Assembly (NCBI RefSeq): GCF_035084215.1
Contig: NC_090335.1
Coordinates: forward strand, 61,442,001-61,506,000
DNA: 64,000 nt
Origin: Heptranchias perlo
Taxonomy: Eukaryota
Reading direction: 5' to 3'
The translations under genes and the position numbers were made by a program. Shown in pieces: positions 49,081 to 61,535 of the stretch. The stretch's first letter is position 1; each line of letters opens with the position of its first letter. A model generated the notes under the pieces. The model saw nothing but the letters and a program-made list of their open reading frames with translations. It was not told the origin of the DNA and made no database searches.

Positions 49081-49298
49081 AACTCCCATAATAGAAGGAC
49101 TGACTGACATCACTGAGCCCAAGAAGGTGTCCAAGGCAAACTCTAATCGTGTGCTTTCTTGTTGTCCTCCTTATAATCTCCTCTTAAGTTACACGTATTC
49201 ATGCTGATTAATGCTTCAAGTGTGGTTGTGACAGTTGGTGTTCTGGTATGTGGTAGTGTTTGGATGCACTTTGTTGATCATAGGGATCTCCTAGTTCT

Positions 49299-50335
49299 GT
49301 AAGAACATAAGAACATAAGAAATAGGAGCAGGAGTAGGCTACAAGACCCCTCGAGCCTGCTCTGCCGTTCAATCAGATCATGGCTGATCTTTGACCTCAA
49401 CTCCACTTCCCTGCCCGATCCCCAGATCCCTTGATTCCCCATAGAGTCCAGAAATCTGTCTATCTCAGCCTTGAATATATTCAATGACTCAGCATCCACA
49501 GCCCTCTGGGGTAGAGAATTCCAAAGATTCACAACCCTCTGAGTGAAGAAATTCCTCCTCATCTCAGTCTTAAATGGCCGACCCCTTACCCTGCGACAAT
49601 GCACCCTAGCTCTAGACTCTCCAGCCATGGGAAACAACCTCTCAGCATCTACCTTGTCAAGCCCCCTCAGAATCTTATATGTTTCAATTAGATCACCTCT
49701 CATTCTTCTAAACTCCAGAGAGTATAGGCCCATTCTACGCGACCTCGTATCATAGGACAACCCTCTCATCCCAGGAATTAATCTAGTGAACCTTTGCTGC
49801 ACCGCCTCTAAGGCAAGTGTATCCTTCCTTAGATAAGGTGACCAAAACTGTACACAGTGCTCCAGGTGAGGTCTCACCAAAGCCCTGTACAATTGTAGTA
49901 AGACTTTTGTACTCCAAACCCCTTGCAATAAAGGCCAACATTCCATTTGCTTTCCTAATTGCTTGCTGTACCTGCATGCTAACTTTTTGTGTTTCTTATA
50001 CGAGGAAACCCAAGACTCTCTGAACACGAACATTTAATAGTTTCTCGCCATTTAAAAAATATTCTGTTTTTCTATTCTTCCTACCAAAGTGAATAACCTC
50101 ACATTTCCCCACATTATACTCCATCTGCCACCTTCTTGCCCATTCACTTAACCTGTCTATATTCCTTTACAGACTCTTTGTGTCCTCCACACAGCTTATT
50201 TTCCCACCTAGCTTTGTATCGTCAGCAAACTTGGATACATTACACTCGGTCCCTTCATCTGCGTCATTAATGTAGATTGCAAATAGCTGAGGCCCAAGCA
50301 CTGATCCTTGCGCCACCCCACTAATTACAGCCTGC
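49299..50335 (-). mobile_element. CR1 LINE, 5'-truncated
   Basis: LVRPHLEHCVQFWSP and RMRGDLIETYK; (TTCTTATG)n tail. Confidence 0.92.
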
Positions 50336-52139
50336 GAGCCTGTAAAGAGAGCAGATGGGAAAATATAAATTCATAACCACACTTATCCCTTTAGTTACTG
50401 TATTATATCACAGGCACTATGGTGTGCTTGTATACCACCAGTTTGTATAGATACTCTGAGATAATGTACATGGCAATTCATAGAATCTATATGATGCATA
50501 TCAGTTGGTCTGCACAGCCCTCCAACCTCCAAGGGCTGAACATTTTCCAGAGTCCCTTTCCTGAATAAATCTATTTCTTCATCATATGCAATGAGTTATT
50601 TATGCTGTTTGTGCTGATGGAGTGCACTACTTGTTCCATGCTATGCCTTGGAGTTTTGTGCTAGTTTTGCCTTCAAACATAAAGCAATGTGGATGCCGAC
50701 AGGGTGATTTAGCCCATGGAAAATCCTTCTTCCAATACATTCTCTTTGCCATCATAGCATAGATAATATAACTTAGATAACCCCACTATTTTTATGCCTG
50801 TTACCTTATTTGCTGCATCCTCAGAACATTTCTTGGTCTGACTATGAGTTATCTTCATGTGCATGTCTGTCCTGTGCTGCTACTATACACTAATGCTATT
50901 ATCTTACATTTGTGCTTTTTTTTAGAAATCATGCAACTTATTCTGCACTTTCTGCCAAGTACTCCATAAGGATATTACATTGTCTATCGCATATTGGCAC
51001 CGTTGCTGACTCTGCATCACATTGTGGCCCATCTTCCTGTGCCAAACATGTCATCATGTTTCTCCTTTACACAGTTCACGTCCAGGGATTGTTTGTTTTT
51101 TCTCAGTGGTTTTTAACCCTTTAAATATGCACTTTACCGCTGCATTAATGGCTTTTTCAACAGTTATACCAGTTACATGGCTCGTTAGCTGCTTGTGAAT
51201 CATTAAAGGGTCATTAATGCAGGTGTGCCGCAATTGGCTGCTAGTTTCTTATTGCCATTAATGAGACTGCATTCTCACAAATCACATGGTTCAAAGCCAT
51301 GCCTTCCTGCCATTTTGTTAATGAGTTGTAAATTACGATGAAGAAATGAGTCTTTTAACCCGTGTTTTGCCATGAAAGGAAAATGTAATGTTTTGAGAAT
51401 TTGAAATTAATTTTTAAAAATTTGTCATTGTTGAACATACTTGGGCAAAAACTTCTAAATATGTAAATTGGACCAAAGGAAAAATAATCCTGAAATATTA
51501 TTATCTGGTAGGTCATTGTTTATATCAGCATCAAACCATATCACTTAAATAGCCTGATTAACAGCAATCATGGCCCAGACTGTCCTATTCCACCATCCCA
51601 GTCAAGGCAGGCTGGCTTGAAGGTGACAAAAAGCTTTAACCATAAGCGAAGCATGATATTCCAGATCACACAACCCAAATTTTAAATGCAGTTAATTTTA
51701 TTTACTTGGCCTCTCCCCATTAGAGTCACTCACTAATGGAGCGATGGGCAGGGTGATCTGTTCCCATGCCTCTGTTAAAACTTCCTTTTGTTCCTAAGTC
51801 ATTTTCTACATCTCTCCCTTCTGCTGAGTTAATACCTGCCTAAAAATAGTGCACAGAAAAATTTAATATGAGCGTGCTCAGCATTCATAACCAAACTTCA
51901 TACATAGAAAATCCAGGATTTCAAGTCTGAAGTTTAAAACCCAATTTCCCCACTATGGAAAATTTTGAAGTTGGTGTTTATTTCAATGACACAGATAGAA
52001 TATCAGAATTAAGGGAAAAAAGTTAAAAGAAAACTGAGATGCTTATTTGTCTAGCACACTCAAGTTGTACATGAAAAATTTGTGATTATATGCTTTCTCT
52101 AATGGTGAAGCAGAAAAAGTATTCATTCAACCTGATGCT

Positions 52140-53905
52140 ATTGATAGGATACAGAAGAGAGCAGCCAGAATGATTGAGGCCAATGGTGGGATTGGATTAT
52201 GGGGTGTGATTATGTAAATTGGGCATGTTCTCACTGGAAAAGAGATGGTTAAGATGTGATATGATTGCTGTTCTTAGGATTCTAAAGGAACCAGGTACTG
52301 TACACAATGACAAGTTATTTCACCTTGTCCAGAACAGTAGAATCAGAGGACATGCTTGAAGGGGGTAAATTTGAAAACGGAAACAATATTTCAGTGAGCA
52401 AATGGTCAATCAATGGAACATACTCCCTAGGGAGACGGTAGAAACAGCTGGTATTAATTCATTCAAATGCAAATTAGATAGATTTCTTTCAGAAAATAAC
52501 ATTTTGGAATACAGTATGAGTAATTTGAGATATGACATAGAATCATAGAATCATAGAATGATGTAGCACAGAAGGAGCGCATTCAGCCCATCGTACCTGT
52601 GCCGGCTCTTTGAAAGAGCTATCCAATTAGTCCCACTCCCCATGCTCTTTTCCCATAGATCTGCAAGTTTTTCCACTTCAATTATTTATCCAATCCCCTT
52701 TTGAAAGTTATTATTGAATCTGCTTCCACCATTCTTTCAGACAGTGCATTCCAGATCATAGCCACTTGCTGCCTAAGTTTTTTTCCCTCATGTCGCCTCT
52801 GTTTCTTTTGCCAATTATCTTAAATCTGTGTTGTCTGGTTACCGACACTTCTGCCAAATCTATCAAAACCCTTCATGATTTTGAACACCTTTGTCAAATC
52901 TCCCCTTAACCTTCTCTGCTTTAAGGAGAACAACCCCAGTTTCTCGAGCCTCTCCATGTAACTAAAGTATTTTATCTCTGTTACCATTCTAGTAAATCTC
53001 CTCTGCACCCTCTCTAAGGCCTTGTCATCCTTCCTAAAGTGTGGTGCCCAGAATTGGACAGAATACTCCAGCTGAGGCCTAACCAGTGTTTTATAAAGGT
53101 TTAGCATAACTTTCTTGCTTTTGTACCCCATGCCTCTTATTTATAAAGCCCAGCAACCCAAATGCCCTTTTAGCAGCTTTCTCAACTTTGTCCTGCCACC
53201 TTCGAAGACTTGTGCATGTACACCTTCAGGTCTCTCTGTTCCTGCACTGCCTTTAAAATTGTACCATTTAGTTTATATTTCCTTCCAAAACGTATCACTT
53301 CACACTTCTCTGCATTAAATTTGATCTGCCATGTGTCTGTCCATTTCGCCAGTCTGTCTATGCCCTCCTGATGTCTGTTACTATCCTCCACATTGTTTAC
53401 TATATTTCCGAGTATCGTGTCATCTGCAAACTTTGAAATTATACCCTGTATACCCAAGTCCAGATCATTAATATATGTCAAAAAGAGAAATGTTCTAATA
53501 CCGATCCCTGGAGAACACCACTGGATACTTCCCTCCAGTCTGAAAAACAACTGTTTAGCACTACTCTCTACTTTCTGTCCCTTAGCCAATTTTGCATGCA
53601 CGCAGCCATTGCCCCTTTAATCCCATGGGCTTCAATTTTGCTAACAAGTCTATTATGTGGTACTTTATGAAACGTCATGTGGTAAGTGTAGCAAGTTTGG
53701 GGAACAGGTGACTTTGGACCAATGGTTCCCAAAGCTCGCACCATGTCTGGGTCTGTTGTTGATTAATTGATAGAGATTGTTTGTTATGATTAATCAACAA
53801 CTCTATTATCATTGTATCATACGACTACCAGGATGATAGAAGGCGAATTGGATGGACTTTGGTCTCTTTTCGTTTAGTAAATCTAATGTTTCTATGTTCC
53901 TATGT
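52140..53905 (+). mobile_element. Old CR1 3' fragment (52140-52536 plus 53676-53905) split by a younger CR1
   Basis: Decayed LGMFSLEKRWLRCDMI coding remnant; TTTCTATGTTCCTATG tail near 53890. Confidence 0.65.
52537..53675 (-). mobile_element. CR1 LINE (minus)
   Basis: ISKFADDT and LVRPQLEYSVQFWAP; (ATTCTATG)n tail. Confidence 0.92.
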
Positions 53906-53964
53906 TGCATAACGCTGAAACTGACCCAATCAGGAATTAAACAAACACTGTGTACGTTATTGTG

Positions 53965-54331
53965 ACCAAAGGACGCCCCAAAGTGCTTAACAGCCAATGA
54001 AGTACTTTGGAAGTGTAGTCACTGTTCTATTGTAGGGAAACAAGATACTTATTTGCACACAGCAAGGTCCCACAAACAGCAATGAGATAATGACCAGGTA
54101 ATCTGCACCAATGATCTTGGTTGAGGGCTAAATATTGGCCAGGACACCAGGGAGAACTCCCCTGCTCCTCTTTGAATAATGCCATAGGTTCTTTTACGTC
54201 CATCTGAGAGGGGAGATGGTTTAATCCAGCTGAAAGACGGCACATCCGTAAGTGCAACGTTCCCTCAGTACTGCACTGAAGTGTCAGACTAGATTATGTG
54301 CTCAAGTCTCTGAAGTGAGACATGAATCCAC

Positions 54332-54362
<31 letters not shown>

Positions 54363-54378
54363 AGTAAGCCAAGACTGT
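53965..54378 (-). mobile_element. DeuSINE-like SINE, near full length
   Basis: Head, core CCCTCAGTACTGCACTG and tail are colinear with the other copies. Confidence 0.82.
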
Positions 54379-54699
54379 GGTCATACCTTGTGCGCTCAGT
54401 TTTATCTGATTTTACCGTAATGAAAGAAAAGCAGAAAGTATTGATAAAAGTCAAATTTAGTGCAACCAAAAACATTTCCAAATTAGCACCAAAATCATTA
54501 AAAATAAACACCCTATGGAAACTCAACCTATGCAGAATATACACAAGGTAGTGAACTTTTACTGTAATTCACTGCAAACTTGTAATAATAGAGGCTTAAT
54601 GTCACATATTTAATATGCCATCAGGATGGAAATCTCTAAACATTTTTAGATGGGAACAGTGTCTTAATAGTAATGGTACAGAAAATAGAGAGAAAAAAT

Positions 54700-56490
54700 T
54701 CCATTTATATAGCACCTTTCACATCCTCTGGACATCCCAAAGTGCTTCACAGACGGTGAAGTACTTTTGAAGTGTAGTCATTTTTGTAAGCAAATGCAGC
54801 AGCCCAATTTGTGCTAAGTTAAGTCCCAAAACACTGCAGGTCTTCAGCTCAAGAAAAACTTGACATATAACAAATAAAAACTAGTAAAGATATTTGATCT
54901 TTTTTAGCAAAGAAATATTTCAATGTTATAGACTAGAAATTCGTTGGTGCTGCAGCTGTTTTTCAGGCGCCTAAGCGTCCAATATGGCAGGAAGTGCGCC
55001 ACCTGCCATATTGGTCAAGATAGAAAAAAGGCATCCAGGGCCCACGCCTGAAACAGGCATTAGGCCCTTTACATATGCAAATAAGGGGCCTAACACCTGA
55101 TTGAGGCCCCCTTTGTAAAATTGGTCTGCCTGAGCCGGCTGCATTCTGGAAAATGTGGTGTACATGTGGCCTAATTAACTGTCCCTAAAAGGACAACTGG
55201 AGGCTGCCACCAAAAGGTAATAGTGCCATGGGATCTATTATAACTACCTGAGGGCGGATGAGGCCTCAGCTTAATGTATCATTTTAAAGACAGCGGGCTC
55301 AATTTTAAAGTCAAATTGCGGGTGCATTGGGGGCAGGGGACTATGAAAATGGCGAAAATCCCAAGTGGGTTCGGAAGCCGGCTCTAACCCGTCGACTTCC
55401 GGGTTCCCCACAGAAGCACCTGTGTTCATGCGCGCTTCACGAATGCAGAAGTCCCGCCTGCAATTAAAGCTGGCGGGATGATAGTTAAAGAACCAAATGT
55501 ACCTCATTGAGATACTTAAGGTACTTTATTTCCGACATAGTAGATAGTTAAAATAATTTTAAACTTACCTGGGCGGCTTTCCCATGGCTTCTGATTCACG
55601 CCTGGTGAATCCAGGCATGAAGGGCCAGATCAGGCAAAAATAAACAAAATAAATGAAATAAAAAACCATTGCACAAAGTTAAAAAACAAAATAAACCTAC
55701 CTTTCCACCCTGCTCCGGTATCCGATGTCTCCCTCTCCGATGTCGCTCTCAGCCCACGATGTCTCCCTCTCTGATATCCCTCTCAGCCCTCGATGTCTCC
55801 CTCTCTGATGTCCCTCCCCCCCGATGTCCCTCACCGATTTCCCCCTCTCCCCCCCATCTCCCTCTCTGATCTCCCCCTCTCCCCCCGATGTTCCTCTCCA
55901 ATCTCCCCCCTCCCCTCCCCGATGTCCCCCACGATCTCCCCCTCTCCCCCGATCTTTCAATCTCCCCCCGATCTTCCACTCTCCCCCCGATCTTTCCCTC
56001 TCCCCCAATCTTCCCCTTTCCCCCAATCCTCCCCTCTCAACCCCCCGATCTTCCTATCTCCCCCAATCTTCCCCTCTCCCCCCGATCTTCCCCTCTCCCC
56101 CCACCCCTGATCTTCAGCACCCTCCACTCTCTGTTCCAGCGCAGGATGATGTCTCGCTCCCTCTCTTTCTCTCCACCACCCACCCCCCCCACCTCAGTGT
56201 TGCAGCTCCTGTCGGCAGACAGCCTGTCAATCAAACCCAAAAACAACTTCAATCACCATCAATTACATCGCAATCGCGTTGGAAAAGGTACGTTTTTTCA
56301 TTCGGGTTTGCCACGTGCAACTTCACCCCCCCCCCCCGCTGCCAACCCGCCACCATTTCAAAATTGAGTCCAGCATCTCTGATAGTGTTGCACTCCCTCA
56401 GTACTGCACTGAAGTGTCTGCCTAGATTATGTGAACCCATGACCTTTTGACTCAGAGGTGATAGTGCTTCTACCACTGAACCAAAACCAA
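54700..56490 (-). mobile_element. Fragmented DeuSINE-like SINE (54700-54815, 55220-55294, 56372-56490) hosting MITE insertions
   Basis: AAAGACAGC|ATCTCTGATAGTG rejoins once the 55295-56371 insert is removed. Confidence 0.7.
55295..56371. mobile_element. Non-autonomous PIF/Harbinger-like element with ~400-bp CT-rich minisatellite
   Basis: TIRs GGGCTCAATTTT / AAAATTGAGTCC, 3-bp TSD AGC, and CCCCGATCTTCCCTCT-type repeats at ~55720-56115. Confidence 0.85.
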
Positions 56491-57514
56491 CGCCTAGAAA
56501 CTAATGCATCTATATTGTTTAAAGAATTGAATATGTCCCTTTCAGTGTGGTGTCACTTTGTAGTAAGCCCATTGCTCGTGGGAACCACATAATTACAAAA
56601 TCTCTTCCTGTTGGCTGCCAGCAAGCACGTGACTGTTTTCTCCAATTACATGTTTAATAGATTCCCAAGTCTGCCATAATGTTGGAAGGGATTACTGAGT
56701 AATGACCTGTTTGTGGCGGGCTTCTTCTTCAGCTGGAAAACTCTAAGACTTTTTATGACGTCATAAATTTTATTGAGCTTTCTGTTAAATTTTATTGACT
56801 TTTTCTTGTGTTCACCACTCCTAGGCTAAATCCTGGGTCTGCTGAGCTATTCCTGCAGCCTTGTAGATTGGGTTCAATTCACAAGGTGAAAAGCTCAGAG
56901 GGTTTTTCTCATTTTGGACACTTTATGCGCCTTTAATTTGTAATATTTCTCGAGCTATATTTCTTTCCTCATTCTGTTCCTGTAGTTCTGTGGATTGTTG
57001 GAACCTTGTGGACAATCAGGCTTGTTTCCATCTATTTCTATCGCTATTTTATTTTCCAGCCCCATTTATTTATTTTAAATGATCACTAGTAGATAAAGAA
57101 CCATCGCAGGTCATCACATCAAAGGAAATTTGACACATGACAAACAAAAACCAGTAAAAAATCTTTTTTTAGCAGAGAAACATTGCAACATTATATTTTT
57201 AGCCAACATTTATCCTGTGAGATTTTCAAAAATAAATATATTTGTTAACTCAGAACACAGAAAATATATTTCGTAACAAGATGTTTAAGCATTTTTTTAA
57301 TTGCCGAAACTTCCTCCTTGAACAAACTGCTTTGTATCTATTACTATTTGACACTGATAGAATTAAAGCTGTGACAAAATTTAGTGGCACGTGTGATCCC
57401 GCAACTGGATATCATAAGAGAGTGTTAGCGTCAAAAATATTAATCATGCTGAGATCGGTGCAAAATAATCCTTCAGTTGTACAGGTTATGTTTTCATCCT
57501 TTAGGCCTAAAATT

Positions 57515-58389
57515 AGGAAATATCTAGGCTCGTTATTGCAGTACAACTCTGCCTTTATCACAAGTGTAACACTGTAAATTAGTTACGTGTCCTTGTAGTG
57601 TAATGGAATCAAGAGGTCCGGATAATACCATAAACCACAAAAATAAAGTATTAATTGCTATTATTTCTAATATTAATTGAACTCCCTTGACATTGCTTAA
57701 TGAGTGAATACATCTGTTAAAATAACAGGGAAAGAAATTTCATATAAATGTTTTAAATGTGTATACGCTTATTTTCATTAAGTTTACACTTAAACTTAAT
57801 GAAAATAAGCGTATACACATTTAAAACATTTATATGAAATTTCTTTCCCTGTTATTTTAACAGATGTATTCACTCATTTTTAACAAAAAGTTGATTTTCA
57901 CATCACTATTTTTTTAATTGATTTTTATTGAGTGTAATTTACACTTTGTTCTCCTTCATTTTTTTTAGCAAAAAGTATTCCATTATCTGACTGTGATCAG
58001 TTTTGATCACGTGATTGCTATCCTTGAGATTTACATAGTGCCTTTTGCTTCATATTCTTATCATTATTTTTATTTTCGTTAAGCTTACACTTCATTGCCC
58101 ATTTACTGCTGCTAAAATATATTAATCATTTAGTTTCCAGTCACTGTAATACTGAGGAAAAATACAGCAAAGTTCTCCAAGCCCATATTTTTGCATTTCT
58201 CTTCATTAGCAATGTCAAGGGAGATCAATTAATATTATAAATAATAGCAATTGATACTTTATTTTGTGGTTTATGGTATTATCCGGACCTCTTGATTCCA
58301 TTACATTACAAGGTCATGTAACTAATTTACAGTGTTACACTTGTGATAAAGGCAGAGTTGTACTGCAATAATGAGCATAGGTGTTTCCT
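57515..58389. repeat. Outer inverted repeat with ~187-bp arms (57515-57702 and 58204-58389), roughly 90% identical
   Basis: For example TTATTGCAGTACAACTCTGCCTTTATCACAAGTGTAACACTGTAAATTAGTTAC is matched by its reverse complement at ~58317-58371. Confidence 0.95.
57699..57878. repeat. Perfect AT-rich palindrome: 88-bp arms, 4-nt spacer
   Basis: 57699-57786 is the exact reverse complement of 57791-57878; the spacer is CACT. Confidence 0.97.
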
Positions 58390-60389
58390 TGTAATGTAGC
58401 GTGTCACTTGTACATTTTAAGACAAGAAATCCAACAGTTGTGTCTGACAACATCAATCTCTGGGCGCATGTATTAATGGGTGTTTGATCCAAACTTTTGT
58501 AGTTTCCCCAATGTATTTGGTTTGGGTGTATTTTCCCTTGTGCTGAGAGTTATGCCTTGTTGTACCAAGTCCCTCCATAGCAAGGTTTGACTATCTACTT
58601 TCCCACGAGGGACAATTGACATTCACCTTCCATGCTTTTAAATATTCTGCCCTTTTAATTATGGCCCAATTCTGATTAATTTGAATTTGAGAAAAATGTC
58701 ATCAAAGCTTGTCTCTGGGCAAGTGATTCCTGCAACAAGATAAAAGGGGAAAAGTAGAAGTAAGAAGAGTGTTAAAATACAAGAAGCTTTCTTTTTCCAA
58801 AAATCTATGTGTCAGTTTGAGGTCAACTAAATAAAATCAATTAAGCAGCTCCAACTCTTTAAGAAAGTTGTTCTGTCAATAATCGCAGCAAAACTGATTA
58901 CAATGACAGACTACAAAAAAAAGCCAGGAAAAAGGAAAGCTGCAACTTTTCTGAGAGGAGCAGATTTTTAAAAGGGGGTTGAAGTAGCAAACAGCCCATC
59001 CTTCGTGGGTTTCGGTGTTGAATTTGATTAAGTAATTCTTTCACTAGCTGAGAGCTTTCCTCCGTTACAGATTTCAAACTTCGTTCAGAGACTGTATAGC
59101 TCTCTACAGCTTCCTGGGTGGTGGCAACGCTGTGATGTCCTGAATACCAATAGTGAAGCCGAACATATGTGAACCTTTCTTAATCCTGCTAATCTGCCTT
59201 CAAAAAACCTCTCTGAAAGTGTAGGCAACATCCAGATTTAAAAAGCTACTGAGCATTTTAATGACAAATAATCTTTGTAAAGGAGTGCCTCTGCTGGAGA
59301 TGGAGCTTATAAACTACAGCAGGTAGAAATAACCGCTGTATTACCTCATGTAATCTCCACTATTCAGTGTCAGATTAAGTTTGAATGCTATGCGAAATAG
59401 ACTTCTCTTTAAAACAGGAGGCTTTGTCCCAACGACGACTATTAAGCAGTAATTAGTTGTGACACAGAATTACCAGCGGCACAATTGTAGCTAGGTTCTT
59501 ACAAGGGCTTTGCACTGATTAGACAAAATGAATAGACTTTACTGATTTTTCTCCTTCAAATTCCATCTGGATGTGAAAGTTATGAGGACTTTTTGCAGCA
59601 TGTTATGTCGGAATCACTGACAAGACATGTGTAACTCAGTGCCATTAGCATTCTCACTTTTTAAATCTTGATTAGTGGTCTTGTTAACAACAGTGAGGCT
59701 ATTGCTGTGTGAAGCTTATCATCCTGGATGTAATGTTATTCTCTTGCCTCCTGCAAGGGAAGAACAGAACTGCACTGGGTCATTTTTAATACACAGCTAT
59801 GCACTTTAAGCCTGAAATGTACATCTAAACCATTTAGATAAAAGGAAGTACCAATTTTACACTGGTATTGAACTTCACTCTGACTTCTAAGCTGATAGCA
59901 TGGTTGCATAATGGCCGGGATAAAATTCACTTATTTTTGGCATGTAATCTGGATGCCTATTTCTCCAATCCAGTTGTCTAGCAAAATATAACTTAACTCA
60001 AGAGCAATAGAACAGCCCATCTATTCCACCTGCCTCTAGTCATAAAGCTAATGATGCTCTTCATACAACTGTACGTTGTCAGCATGCAGACAACTAAACT
60101 TTCATCACTGTGGCAGCTGGATGTCTGCATTAGTCTCCACTCAAGACCAGCCATTCTGCGTCATGATGTTATTCTCTTTTAGCATCTCTTCCCCATTTAT
60201 CACTTTTTTCAGATGTCGTAATACTTTTCAATTGAGGCCATGTTCAGTTTTGCCTCAACGCAGCAGAGCAAGTATTATACAATTAATTTGATACAGTTTA
60301 TTATCCTTTTTTTTTCTAACATCAGTCAGATGCAGATGCGTTTATAGCTTTCTCTCCAAGAATCATTATAATTAGAATCTCCACTTAGG

Positions 60390-60540
60390 AAGGTAAATTC
60401 AGCGATCCTGCACTCTCAGCGGGAGCCAGGCTCGAAACGAGTGAAGGTTAGAGAATCGGTGCCACAGTGTTGTAACCCAACCTGCACTCCCTTCAACCAT
60501 AGCTCTCTATTGGGAGCACGGGATTGGAGAATTTACCCTA
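60390..60540. mobile_element. Short MITE-like inverted-repeat element
   Basis: Ends GGTAAATTC..CGATCCTGCACTCTCA / TGGGAGCACGGGATTG.AGAATTTACC. Confidence 0.55.
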
Positions 60541-61535
60541 GGGAGTGAAATTCTTCTTTTAACAAAGAAGCGGAAAAATCCTTATTTCTCTCTGTAATTA
60601 ATGACCTACTGATGAAATCAGATTTTCAAGAAATTGCACGTTTCAAAGCCATGCATTCCCATGATTTTGTTAGTAATTATGGAGAAAAACAGTCATTCTC
60701 CTGTTTTGTTTTGATTAAAAGAGGAATTTCAGATCGTAATCTACACACAGATGGGTTTGCAATCTGGGAAATGTGGTTGTTTAGCATTTGATAGCCTGGA
60801 CCTACCAGGCTGTATGTATTACAGACAGTACTGCAAACTTTGATCCCTGTGTAGTAAGGGGCTTACAGTGTGTCACGCAGTGAGGGTTGATTCAGGGGGG
60901 AAGAGTTCGGCATTGAGATATTCCTTAATATGCAACTGTATCACCTATTTTTATGTTAAATTGCACTTGGAATGCACAAGTAATGTATGTGACATCACAT
61001 ATATACATTTGTACCCAAACCTTGCTGGGTAAATGCAAAGTAGAGTAGCTGGGGTTGCAAAGAAAAACAGGTGGGATGCCTGCAGTTTCTAGCATCAACA
61101 TCCTTGCTTTTCTTTAACTTCACACGATTGGTAAGAAATGTCTGATGTATTGAAAAGGCAAGCTCCTGATCCAAAGAACTCCTCCTGTTTGTTGCCATGT
61201 TCTGCTTACCATGACTTTTTAAAAAAAAAATCAAACTTTTCAATAGACCATTGCTCTTTATCACCTCATAATGCCGTTTATCCAATTTTGATCATGTATA
61301 ATTTTTTTTTACAACATAATTTCCATGCACATATGCAGTTGGTTATTGTGTTATCATCACACCAGGCAAATGCAAATTTTTGCAGCTCCCTCCGACAACA
61401 ACTGCAATCAGAAATTAAAACAGAAAGTACTGGACTGGAAGTGCACAGCAAGTCAATCATAATCTGATAAAAGAGAGACGGGTGAAAGCTTGGCTTCTCT
61501 TTTAGATTTTGATCAACCTGCTGTGTAATTTCAAC

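Noticed and set aside
61420-61535. Fourth hammerhead-like motif (CTGATAAA...GAAAGCTT)
   Set aside because: The core G8 is missing and stem II cannot form; at most it is a decayed relative.
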